Of a DNA stretch of 64,000 bases, positions 1 through 8,701 are shown one piece after another. Source of the stretch: Desulfobacteraceae bacterium (GTDB lineage Bacteria; Desulfobacterota; Desulfobacteria; Desulfobacterales; JAABRJ01); assembly GCA_022340425.1 (NCBI GenBank), contig JAJDNY010000172.1, positions 1,252 to 65,251 on the forward strand, given 5' to 3'. The translations under genes and the position numbers were made by a program. Position 1 is the stretch's first letter. Every line of letters starts with the position of its first letter. Under the pieces are notes generated by a model, which searched no databases, was not told the origin of the DNA, and saw only the letters and a program-made list of their open reading frames with translations.

Positions 1-2
1 TG

Positions 3-929
3 ATGCGCGCCGGCTTGACGGTGATTCTGGCAACCAACCGTTTGGAGGAAATTCCCCAGGGCGTCTCCCACGTCCTTGGGCTGAAAGAGGGGCGGGTGAT
101 GTTCAGCGGCTCCCGCGCATCACTTCTGAAGGCGGCATTTCTCGATCGGTTGTATGGCGCGCCGGCGGCGGCCGCCGGCCGTGGGCGGGTTTCTGGATCA
201 CCCCGCTCGGCCGCACGGGAATGGGGCGGGCGGCAACCCCTGGTTGAGATGCGAAAGATAACGGTCCGCCATGGCCCGCTGACGGTGGTTGAAAATCTCG
301 ACTGGGTCATCCGAAGGGGTGAAAATTGGGCCTTGGTGGGCCCCAACGGATCAGGCAAGACCACGCTGGTCAAAATGATCAGCGGTGATCATCTCCAGGC
401 GTACGCCAATGAAATTTATCTGTTCGGCAGGCGCCGGGGCAGCGGTGAGAGCATCTGGGAGATCAAAGAAAAAATCGGTCTGGTATCCTTCGAGCTTCAG
501 GTGGGCTACCGGGCGGAAATTGCGGCTTTATCCGTGGTGGTCTCCGGGTTTTACAGTTCCATCGGGCTCTACCGGATCGCCGAGCGCGAGCAGCGTCGGG
601 CCGCTTTGGGCTGGTTGGCCTTGCTGGGGATCGAAGACCTGGCCCCAAAGCCTTTCGCCCACCTTTCCCAGGGTCAGCAGCGGATGGTGCTGCTGGCGCG
701 GGCGATGGTGAAACGGCCGCTGCTGCTCTTGCTGGACGAACCTTGTCAGGGGTTGGACCCGTCCAATCGCCGGATGGTGTTTGAAGTCATCGAGGCCATC
801 GGGCGCCAAGCCGGGACCCAGATCCTGCTGGTGACCCATTTCGAAAGCGAAATGCCGGACTGTATCCGCCATGTCCTGCGGTTGGGAGGCGGCTTGCAGA
901 CCGATCAGAGCGTCCGCAAAGCGCGGTAG
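3..929 (+). CDS. modF: ABC-type ATPase, ModF-like (tandem ATPase family); 5' end lies outside the window
   Basis: ORF is open from the window edge. Walker A GPNGSGKTT, ABC signature LSQGQQRM, Walker B LLLLDEP. The stretch SGDHLQAYANEIYLFGRRRGSGESIWEIKEKIGLVS closely resembles my recollection of the second half of E. coli ModF. Confidence 0.75.
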   Translation: MRAGLTVILATNRLEEIPQGVSHVLGLKEGRVMFSGSRASLLKAAFLDRLYGAPAAAAGRGRVSGSPRSAAREWGGRQPLVEMRKITVRHGPLTVVENLDWVIRRGENWALVGPNGSGKTTLVKMISGDHLQAYANEIYLFGRRRGSGESIWEIKEKIGLVSFELQVGYRAEIAALSVVVSGFYSSIGLYRIAEREQRRAALGWLALLGIEDLAPKPFAHLSQGQQRMVLLARAMVKRPLLLLLDEPCQGLDPSNRRMVFEVIEAIGRQAGTQILLVTHFESEMPDCIRHVLRLGGGLQTDQSVRKAR

Positions 930-952
930 GTTGAAAGCGCGCCCCAGAGGGT

Positions 953-1138
953 TCAGGGATTGAGGCGGAGGGGTTTGGCGTGGGGAATGCGTTCGTCTTT
1001 TTTCCCTTTACGGCGTCGAATGACGCTGCAGCTTCCGACGGCAACGGATTCCTCGATTCTGGGGTTCTGGGTTCGCCCGCTTTGTTCAATCAACTTGCGA
1101 AGCCGGGCTTCAATCTCGTTTTTTTTGTTTTCATCCAT
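953..1138 (-). CDS. hypothetical small hydrophilic protein (61 aa)
   Basis: ATG lies 3 nt after the stop of the upstream PEP-CTERM gene (TAAAGAATG). K/E/R-rich product with no recognisable motif. Weak RBS. Confidence 0.3.
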   Translation of the reverse strand: MDENKKNEIEARLRKLIEQSGRTQNPRIEESVAVGSCSVIRRRKGKKDERIPHAKPLRLNP

Positions 1139-1141
1139 TCT

Positions 1142-1366
1142 TTAATCTTTCAAAACGTCATCATCGGCCCCTTTTTTGGGGTTTTTTCGGCGAATTATGC
1201 CGGCAAGTCCGATCATGACACAGCCTGTTGCAAAGACGGCCAGGGGTTCCGGGTTGAGGCCCTGCACTGATCCCTCAAGGGGAGTGAAAGGGCTGTAATA
1301 GACCGCGTAAGCGATCCCTGAAAAGAGCGAAATCCCCACAAGCACACTGCTGAACAGCCATTTCAT
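1142..1366 (-). CDS. miniature secreted PEP-CTERM-type sorting-signal protein (74 aa)
   Basis: N-terminal signal peptide MKWLFSSVLVGISLFSGIAYA. C-terminal NPEP followed by the hydrophobic helix LAVFATGCVMIGLAGII and then the basic cluster RRKNPKK, which is the PEP-CTERM architecture. Strong RBS GGAGGAGG 5-6 nt upstream of the ATG. Confidence 0.6.
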   Translation of the reverse strand: MKWLFSSVLVGISLFSGIAYAVYYSPFTPLEGSVQGLNPEPLAVFATGCVMIGLAGIIRRKNPKKGADDDVLKD

Positions 1367-1410
1367 TTTCTGCCTCCTCCAAATCGCGGGTGAAGTTGCG
1401 CTGAGGAGTC

Positions 1411-1426
1411 AGCAATAAGTGTGCCC
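1411..1426 (-). promoter_or_regulatory. candidate sigma54 (-24/-12) promoter for the PEP-CTERM gene
   Basis: Minus strand reads GGGCACACTTATTGCT, i.e. GGCAC-N5-TTGCT with exact GG-N10-GC spacing. The -12 element lies about 45 nt upstream of the ATG at 1366. Confidence 0.45.
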
Positions 1427-2038
1427 TGGGAGTGTTTTTGGTGTTAAGTCTAATAAAAAAAATAGGTTGTGGTTAAATTGGTATTGGTCGGGGCCTCAGT
1501 TTTTGGGATGGCGCCTTCTTGTATCTTGGGAAAAGCGTTTCTCAATTGGTAAAAAACCTTCTCACGTCCGAATGCCGCCGCAAGGACCCGTCGCTGGACA
1601 AAAGCGCGAATTCTGTGTGGTTGAAGGGCAAAGGGCAATCCGCAGCCGGCGCTGGGGCGGTAAGGCATCCCCGGCCGTCGCTGCGAAAAACCCGGTTTTT
1701 CGGCAACGGCTGCGTTTTTGCGGGGTGAAACGCTCAATTCTGGGCTGCGGTCGAAGTTTGGGCATATTTTGCTGGGCGGGCCCGACGGCATGACGTGGTA
1801 TTGTGCTGATTGGGTTAACGATCCCAGGGTTTATGCGCGGTGCGGCGCTTTCCGCAAGAAATTGTGCTGGAGAACTTATCGGTTGTCATTCGGGATGACT
1901 TGATGGTGTCGGGCGGCCCGCAGCACCGGGGCGGTTGTGCAAGCGCCCGATTTCTGTCTTCCACGGTTTCCGGGTGTTTGTGACAAAACCTGAAGCCCGC
2001 GCTATTTGTCGCAATTTCTGCGGCGCAAGTTGACCTTT

Positions 2039-2203
2039 TCAAGGGGCGTCATTTTTTTCGAGGCTGTTTAGAAAATCGCGAAACCAAGCCGGGTTCCATA
2101 TCAAGATGTAGGCCAGAAAAAGAGCCGTCAACGGCAAGTAAAAAACCACGGCATCCACGATGAGAATGACCAGCGCCACCACTATCCGATATGCACCGCG
2201 CAT
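2039..2203 (-). CDS. hypothetical small membrane protein (54 aa, below the ORF-track cutoff)
   Basis: Hand translation gives MRGAYRIVVALVILIVDAVVFYLPLTALFLAYILIWNPAWFRDFLNSLEKNDAP, with two hydrophobic segments. The listed 70-aa ORF 2049..2261 in another frame looks like noise. Confidence 0.35.
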   Translation of the reverse strand: MRGAYRIVVALVILIVDAVVFYLPLTALFLAYILIWNPAWFRDFLNSLEKNDAP

Positions 2204-2340
2204 GGGTCTGGTTGTCAAAAGCAGGGAAAGTCAGGAAAAGCGGCCAATCGGTTGAGCACATGGATCGGCCGCTGATTTGAGATTCGCGCCCGCGTGTGAA
2301 CCATATGGGCCTTGAAAGGGAGTAACGAGTTGATTTTTTT

Positions 2341-2416
2341 TGGTGGAGCTGAGGGGGCTCGAACCCCTGACCTCATGACTGCCAGTCATGCGCTCTCCCA
2401 GCTGAGCTACAGCCCC
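2341..2416 (-). tRNA. tRNA-Ala (anticodon GGC), CCA encoded
   Basis: Reverse complement GGGGCTGTAGCTCAGCTGGGAGAGCGCATGACTGGCAGTCATGAGGTCAGGGGTTCGAGCCCCCTCAGCTCCACCA folds as a 76-nt cloverleaf. It has the G3:U70 alanine identity pair, anticodon loop CTGGCAG and a TTCGAGC T-loop. Confidence 0.95.
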
Positions 2417-2670
2417 TTACCGAAAAGGCTCTATTAGCGGGGATTGCCGGAATTGTCAATCTTTTTTTTATCCACCCATCGACGGCCAGAAGGACCCGCA
2501 CGCTTGGCCTCGCCCCGCCTCTGGCGGCGGCTTGCGGCGCAGACTGCGGGACTTTCCGCAGGAGCTTGCTTCATATCGAATTTGTTGACAAAAAAGGAGA
2601 TTCTCCATAGGATTGGGCCAACCACTAAAGGCCTGCCGCCGGCGCGGCGGCCCAAAATAAAGATTGCATC

Positions 2671-2955
2671 ATGAGACCCAAAGGTGATTTCAAGAGCCGG
2701 CTGATGCCCGGATTTCAGACCCCTTCGGCCGCTGCGAGGTTCAGTCCGAAGCCCACAGACGCGCAGGGTTTTTTCGAGGACTTCGATGCCGCCGAACTTT
2801 ACTGTCCCCAGTGTGGACAGGCCGTCCCCGTCATTAAACGGCTGTTTTTGATCCTTCCGGAAGGAGACAGATACGAATACCGGTGCCGTTTTTGCGGGAC
2901 AACGGTGGGCACCAAGATCGAACGCTCCGGGCGTCCCAATATTCTGGTCAAATAG
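2671..2955 (+). CDS. hypothetical zinc-ribbon protein
   Basis: Two CxxC pairs (CPQCGQ ... CRFCGT). ATG start and coding-like composition. Confidence 0.55.
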   Translation: MRPKGDFKSRLMPGFQTPSAAARFSPKPTDAQGFFEDFDAAELYCPQCGQAVPVIKRLFLILPEGDRYEYRCRFCGTTVGTKIERSGRPNILVK

Positions 2956-3257
2956 CCGGTTTCCAACCTGCCCTGGCGGGTTGCGTCGGATGCGCAACCA
3001 CCTTGGCAGCCGGTTCACGTGTCATCCTCTGGCGCCAGGGCCTCGCGACCCTTAACCTGCCCGAAAAACCGCTGCGAGTCGCCACCCGCGGGGCGGTCAC
3101 GACGTGGGTCAAGGCTCACCCGACGCTGACCGCAGCCTGTCCGCCGGCAGTTCGCAGCGTTCTGTCGGCGGCTTTGCGCACGGGGTTTGCCGAATGGTGC
3201 GGTGATTAAAACTTTATTGCCTCTCGTCGATAATTACTGAACTAAAGGTGAAATAAA

Positions 3258-5150
3258 ATGTTGAGACTCATGCGCGACTACGCGACCAGTTGGTTGATCA
3301 AGGTCTTGTTGGGTGCGTTTGTTATCGTCTTTATTTTCTGGGGGGTGGGCAGCTTTCGGGAGCGGCGCGCGGGGCGGGTGGCGCTGGTCAACGGCCAACC
3401 CATCGACGTTGCGGCCTACAACCGTGCTTACAACAACCTGATTGAACAATACCGCGGGCGATTTGGCGGCAACCTGACCGATGAGATGCTCCAGATGTTC
3501 GGGGTCAGAAAACAGGCCCTGGAAGCCCTCGTCAACCAGAAACTGCTGCTTCAGGAGGCGCAGAAACTGGAATTCCATGTTTCCGAAGACGAGCTGGCCG
3601 CGGCAATCCGTGAAATTCCGGCCTTCCAGCAGGCCGGCAGCTTCGACCCGCGCCGCTACAACGCGCTCCTGACGCAGTTGCGTTTTAGCCCCGAGGAGTT
3701 TGAAGTCCAGCAAAAGGAAGCCATGCTCATCGACCGGTTGCGGGCGTTTGTGCTGGGCAATGTCAAAGTATCAGAGGGCGAGGCCCGCGCCTGGTACGAT
3801 TGGCAGAATACCGAGGTGAATCTCGACTATGTGCGCTTCAGCCCGGAGTCCTACGGGGAAATTGAATTAACGGCCGAGGCGCTCAAGGCCTACTACGATC
3901 AGCATCAGGAAAACTACAAGACCGAGCCCCAGGTCAGGGCCTCCTACCTGGTCTTTAATTTCGATGCCTACAACGACCGCGCTACGGTGGGCGATGACGA
4001 GCTCCAGGAGTACTATGACCTGCATCGCAGCGAGTTTGAGCAAGCTGAAACCGCTGAGGCGCGCCATATTCTGTTCAAACTGGAGGCCGGCGCCACCGCG
4101 GAAGAGGCTGCCAGGGCAGAGCAGAAGGCCCGCGAGGTCCTCAAGCTGGCGCGATCAGGCCAGGATTTTGCTGAACTGGCCAAGCAGTACTCCCAAGGCC
4201 CGTCCAAGGATCGGGGCGGGTTTTTGGGGGCCTTTACGCGCGAGGAGATGGCCGCCCCCTTCGCGGAAAAGGCCTTTTCCATGAAAGCCGGCGAAATCAG
4301 CGAGCCGGTGCGCACCGAATTCGGGTGGCACATCATCAAGCTGGAGAAGATCACCCCGGCTTCGGTCCAAAGCCTGGATCAGGCCAAGCCCGGCATCCTT
4401 GAGAAGCTAAAAGCCGAACGGGCCAAAAGCCTGGCCTATGATGATGCCGAGGCGGCCTACGAGGCGTCGCGGGACGGCGAAGATCTTGCCGAACTGGCCA
4501 AACGCCTGAATCTTGCGGTCCAAACCACCGGTTTTTTCTCCCGCCAGGGGACTGAAATCGATCTCAAGGAACCTGCCCGCTTTGCGGCCGAAGCCTTCGA
4601 ACTGGCGCCGATGGCGATCAGCGATATCCAGGATTTCGGTGATGGTTATTACCTGTTGCAGACCACCGAAAAAAAACCGGCCCAGGTGCAACCGCTGGAG
4701 TCGGTGGCGGCGGCGGTGCGGGCCGATCTTCTCAAAGAAAGACAGGCTGAACAGGCCGCCAAGGACGCCGAAGCTTTCCTGGCGGAAGTCAGGCAGGGGA
4801 AAACGCTCGCCCAAGCGGCCGCGCCGCTTAACCTCACGCCGATGGAAACCGGCTTTTTCAAGCGCAATGCCGCTATTCCCGAAATCGGCTATGAGCAGGA
4901 TCTCTCCGCGACGGCCTTTGAGTTGAACGCCCAAAACCCGCTGCCGGAAAATATCATTAAAGGCGCCGAAGGGGTTTATGTAATTCATTTCAAAGCCCGC
5001 AGGGCCCCGGAAGCCGATGGATTTCAGGCTGAAAAGGCGGATATCGAAGCGATGCTCCTGCAACAGAAAAAATCCAAGGTTTTCAGCGAGTGGCTGGGGC
5101 AGATCAGGAGCCGAAGTGAAATTAGCTACGAGGAGAACTACCGGGAGTAG
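3258..5150 (+). CDS. ppiD: periplasmic chaperone / peptidyl-prolyl isomerase PpiD-like (SurA_N plus parvulin domain)
   Basis: N-terminal membrane anchor WLIKVLLGAFVIVFIFWGVGSF. Parvulin region ARHILFKL...FGWHIIKLEKI. RBS AAAGGTG. Length 630 aa is typical for PpiD. Confidence 0.85.
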   Translation: MLRLMRDYATSWLIKVLLGAFVIVFIFWGVGSFRERRAGRVALVNGQPIDVAAYNRAYNNLIEQYRGRFGGNLTDEMLQMFGVRKQALEALVNQKLLLQEAQKLEFHVSEDELAAAIREIPAFQQAGSFDPRRYNALLTQLRFSPEEFEVQQKEAMLIDRLRAFVLGNVKVSEGEARAWYDWQNTEVNLDYVRFSPESYGEIELTAEALKAYYDQHQENYKTEPQVRASYLVFNFDAYNDRATVGDDELQEYYDLHRSEFEQAETAEARHILFKLEAGATAEEAARAEQKAREVLKLARSGQDFAELAKQYSQGPSKDRGGFLGAFTREEMAAPFAEKAFSMKAGEISEPVRTEFGWHIIKLEKITPASVQSLDQAKPGILEKLKAERAKSLAYDDAEAAYEASRDGEDLAELAKRLNLAVQTTGFFSRQGTEIDLKEPARFAAEAFELAPMAISDIQDFGDGYYLLQTTEKKPAQVQPLESVAAAVRADLLKERQAEQAAKDAEAFLAEVRQGKTLAQAAAPLNLTPMETGFFKRNAAIPEIGYEQDLSATAFELNAQNPLPENIIKGAEGVYVIHFKARRAPEADGFQAEKADIEAMLLQQKKSKVFSEWLGQIRSRSEISYEENYRE

Positions 5151-5266
5151 GGGTAGTGGCTGCTGAAAGCGGCGCCTTGCATCGGCCTGGTCACCCCCGG
5201 CCAATGCGGACAGGCCCCCTTTTCAGGCGGCGCGTGTGAAACACCCTTTTCAGGGAGAGACACCCA

Positions 5267-5503
5267 ATGGGATTCTTGAGGCCAAAAGCGCAAAACACGG
5301 ATCATTTCGCCATGAAAAAATGCCCGGAGTGTCTGACCGAGTTGCCCATAGAGGCCAAGGTCTGCGATGCTTGCCGACGAAAGGTCGGTCCGGTCACACC
5401 TTACGGGCACGCCAAAAAACCTTTTGACTGGAGGGCCTACAGTCTCTGCCTGGTGGCCTGGGCCACTCTGGGCATTTATGTCTGGTGGGCCTTTCTGAGA
5501 TGA
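5267..5503 (+). CDS. hypothetical zinc-ribbon membrane protein
   Basis: CPECLTEL...CDACRRK zinc ribbon followed by a C-terminal TM helix (YSLCLVAWATLGIYVWWAFL). RBS GGGAGAG. Its stop overlaps the next start (ATGA). Confidence 0.55.
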   Translation: MGFLRPKAQNTDHFAMKKCPECLTELPIEAKVCDACRRKVGPVTPYGHAKKPFDWRAYSLCLVAWATLGIYVWWAFLR

Positions 5504-6088
5504 AGCCACAAACCACGAGGAATTCCATGGCGGCATTGTCCCGGACGGAGAAGGCGCGCCTGCTGCACCTGGCGCGCTCGGCGATTGTGACCTGGCTGGA
5601 CACGGGGGCCTCCCCCCCGTTGCCGGCGGATCTGACACCGATAATGCTTCAAAAACGGGGGTGCTTCGTCACCCTTCACAAACACGGAGCGCTGCGCGGC
5701 TGCATCGGCACGCTTGAACCGGTCAAAGCCCTGGGGGCCTGCGTTGTTGAAAACGCCATCAACGCGGCTTTCCGCGATCCGCGCTTCACACCCCTGGAGT
5801 CCTCCGAACTGCCCGCCGTGGAAATTGAAATAAGCGTCCTGACGCCCCCCCGGGAGCTGCATTTTCAGGAGCCGGAAGGGTTGAAAAAGCAGCTCGAGCC
5901 CGGCAAACACGGGGTCATTCTCAGCCAGGGGGGGGGCTCGCGCGACGTTTCTGCCCCAGGTCTGGCAGCAGTTGCCCGATGTCGAAACCTTCCTCACCCA
6001 CCTCTGTCAAAAGGGGGGCATGCCAGGCGCCTGCTGGAAAGACCCAAACACACGGGTATCGGTCTACGAGGTTGAGTACTTCAAGTGA
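5500..6088 (+). pseudogene. AMMECR1-domain protein, reading frame broken at a G9 homopolymer (5928..5936)
   Basis: AMMECR1 signature LRGCIGTLEP. After the G-run the family-typical C-terminus (ARATFLPQVWQQLPDVETFLTHLCQKGGMPGACWKDPNTRVSVYEVEYFK*) continues in the +1 frame and ends at TGA 6086..6088. The annotated frame instead runs into unrelated sequence and stops at 6075. Confidence 0.75.
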
Positions 6089-6135
6089 GGCGGGCGGCTG
6101 CGGCTGCCGCCCGACCTGCTTTGAGGGCCCCGGAA

Positions 6136-6272
6136 AAAAAATAATTCCACATCTTGCTTGTCTTTTGGCCCGTCCCCGGCGTTACAGCCGCCGGCACATA
6201 TCTCGATATGCGCCAACGGATGTGCCTTGGTGACGAACCAAAATCCGGCGCCATATTGTGGAATTATTTTTT
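6136..6272. repeat. perfect 16-bp AT-rich inverted repeat (AAAAAATAATTCCACA / TGTGGAATTATTTTTT) enclosing 105 bp
   Basis: Arms at 6136..6151 and 6257..6272, read directly from the sequence. The element sits between the convergent AMMECR1 and DUF47 genes. Confidence 0.8.
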
Positions 6273-6286
6273 ACCGTGACCCTGAA

Positions 6287-6958
6287 TCAGCGGGCGATCA
6301 TGGCCCGCATCATATCCCCGGCGTTCTGGGCATGATCTGCGATGGAGCCGACAATCTCCGCCAGGCGGACCATATGGAATACGGTGATGGGATCGGTTTC
6401 GATCTGAAAGATTCTCAACTTCAGATGGTCTTCGGCCTCATCGGCCAGGCGCTCCTGCTCCCTTAAGGTGCGGACAATTCTTTTGACGACCATCCGCTGA
6501 TTTTCAGAATAGCTGCTGAAGTACTTGCGTGCTTCGGCCACCATCCTGCTGAGCTCATCCACCGGGTCGATAACCGCATCCACCAGCAGAAGAAAATCTT
6601 TTTCGAGTTCCCCGGGAACGCCGGGCTCGATCCTGAAGGAAATCCAGTTCAGGGCATCTTCCAGCGCATCCAAAACGCTGTCCTGTTCGCCCAGGTAGCG
6701 GAAGAGGGTGAATTTGTCCACCTGCAGGATCGCCCCTTTGGGGATATGGCCCCGGATGCGGCGCTTGATGGCGTCGGCCTGGCTTTCGATCCGGGCGACC
6801 TCTTTGCGCAATTCCTCGAAGGAATCGCATTTCTGGACCAGGAGGCACTCGATTGCGTGCTGGAATATCCAGGCGCATTCTTTGACCTTTTCCGCGTGCT
6901 CCTCCAAACCGCTGAAGGGCGAGGTCATGAACATTGAAACGAAGGGGATACGCATCAC
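6287..6958 (-). CDS. DUF47/TIGR00153-family protein (PhoU-like, phosphate-transport associated)
   Basis: N-terminal SPFSGLEEHAEKVKEC and IESQADAIKRRIR motifs typical of DUF47. Lies immediately downstream of a PiT transporter, the usual pairing. Confidence 0.8.
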   Translation of the reverse strand: MMRIPFVSMFMTSPFSGLEEHAEKVKECAWIFQHAIECLLVQKCDSFEELRKEVARIESQADAIKRRIRGHIPKGAILQVDKFTLFRYLGEQDSVLDALEDALNWISFRIEPGVPGELEKDFLLLVDAVIDPVDELSRMVAEARKYFSSYSENQRMVVKRIVRTLREQERLADEAEDHLKLRIFQIETDPITVFHMVRLAEIVGSIADHAQNAGDMMRAMIAR

Positions 6959-6965
6959 CGTCTCC

Positions 6966-8189
6966 TCAGATGAAAAACCGGAGCAGTTTGAAAATCACCA
7001 TGCTGGTGAGGGCTGCAGCCGGGACCGTTAACACCCAGTAGATCATTATTTGAACGACCACCCCGAAGTTAACCGCCTCCATGCCGCGCGCAAGACCCAC
7101 GCCCATGACACCCCCCACCGCCGCGTGGGTCGTGGACACCGGCAGCCCCAGCTTGGAGGCCAAAAGGACGGTGGTGGCGGCCGCGAAGTCCACGCAGAAC
7201 CCGCGCGTGTTGGTCAGCGTCGTAATCTTGTTGCCGATTGTGTGCATCACCCGGTGCCCGGCCATGGCGATCCCGCAGGCGATTCCCACACCGCCGAAAA
7301 ACAGCAGAAAAATCGGAACCGGGACCTTTGTGCCGACATTCCCGGTTTTGACCAAAAAATAGATGACCGCCACCGGCCCGATGGCGTTGGCGACGTCATT
7401 GGCGCCCTGGGCCAGGGCCACGTAACAGGAGGTACCGATCTGGATTCGGCGGAAGATCTCCTCCACGCCGCTGCGGTGGTCCCGGATATAACGTCGGATC
7501 AGCCCTTTGCCGGCCATTCCGAAAAAAACGGCCAGCAGGAAGGCCAGGAGCACCGCCATTGGGGCGCCGATGGCGATCTTGCTGCCCAGCGGGGTCTTGA
7601 AAAGAAACGAGAGGGCGATCACAAAAATGGTTGCGCCGATAAACCCGGGTGAGAGCCTGATCGCCGACTGGAAGGCATCCTCACGGGAAAGGATGAACTT
7701 CAGGATGATCTTGAAAAGGGCGATGGCGATAATCAGACTGAAAACCGGCGAAATGACCCAGCTCAGGACCACCGCCGCGAGTTTGCCCCATCGAATGCAG
7801 TCCGTCCCGCCGGCCATGATGCCGAAGCCGATCATCGCCCCGACAATGGAGTGGGTGGTGGAAACCGGGAGGGATTTCCAGGTGGCGAAACTGACCCACA
7901 GGGCGGCCGCCAGCAGTGCGGACAGCGCGCCGATGAGCGCCAGGTGGGGATCGGTCAGGATGTCGGTGGAAACGATGCCTTTGCGGATGGTGTCGGTCAC
8001 GTGGGAGCCCATGAAAACCGCGCCCACCACGTTGAGGATCCCGGCGATGAAGATCGCTTGGCGGATGGTGATGGCCTTGGCGCCCACCGCGGAGGCCATC
8101 GAATTGGCGACGTCGTTGGCGCCGATGTTCCACGCCATGTAGAAGCCAAACGTAAAGCCGATTATCAGAATAGAATATTCTGGCGTCAT
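6966..8189 (-). CDS. inorganic phosphate transporter, PiT (PHO4) family
   Basis: Duplicated GANDVAN motif (NIGANDVANSMASAVGA and QGANDVANAIGP). Polytopic hydrophobic protein of 407 aa. Confidence 0.9.
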   Translation of the reverse strand: MTPEYSILIIGFTFGFYMAWNIGANDVANSMASAVGAKAITIRQAIFIAGILNVVGAVFMGSHVTDTIRKGIVSTDILTDPHLALIGALSALLAAALWVSFATWKSLPVSTTHSIVGAMIGFGIMAGGTDCIRWGKLAAVVLSWVISPVFSLIIAIALFKIILKFILSREDAFQSAIRLSPGFIGATIFVIALSFLFKTPLGSKIAIGAPMAVLLAFLLAVFFGMAGKGLIRRYIRDHRSGVEEIFRRIQIGTSCYVALAQGANDVANAIGPVAVIYFLVKTGNVGTKVPVPIFLLFFGGVGIACGIAMAGHRVMHTIGNKITTLTNTRGFCVDFAAATTVLLASKLGLPVSTTHAAVGGVMGVGLARGMEAVNFGVVVQIMIYWVLTVPAAALTSMVIFKLLRFFI

Positions 8190-8701
8190 CGAAATTTCAA
8201 GCCGGGTTTCCGGTTGGCCGGATCGTCTCAGCGTCTGCGCCCCCGCAACCGGCGGCGGGGATTGCGGCCGGAGCTGAAAATGATGACACTCCTGGGGCCG
8301 AGTCTTTCAGTGCGCACCGCAGCAGTGCCTCACACCGATGCGCAGCGAGAATTCCGCCGTTCGGCCGGGTCCGGCCAGGCTGCGCGCTCACGCTGACGGG
8401 GCTTAACACGCCGGGGGCGAAAAATAAACCCCCAGACCCAAACCGAATTCCCCTTCGATGGCTCGCCCCGCTTGGCTGCGGTTTATCAGCCAAGCACTGC
8501 AGCCGATCAGCGGAGACGTTTGGGTCGGCCGGCCGCAAGGCGGTTGAATTCCCGGCGGGTGCGCTTATCTTGTCCGTCATGCGCGTCGGCTCGCGGCCCT
8601 TTTCCGCCGCTGAGGGTGTGTTTACGGCCGGAGGTTGCGGTCGGCCCGACGCTCCGCCGCGCTTCCGTTGACCGCCGAAATATCCTTCCCAAGGAGCTGT
8701 C

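Noticed and set aside
2434-3209. ORFs 2434..3018 (minus strand) and 2883..3209 (plus strand) next to the tRNA
   Set aside because: The first overlaps the better-supported zinc-ribbon gene on the opposite strand. The second has no RBS or motif and lies in the ppiD upstream region.
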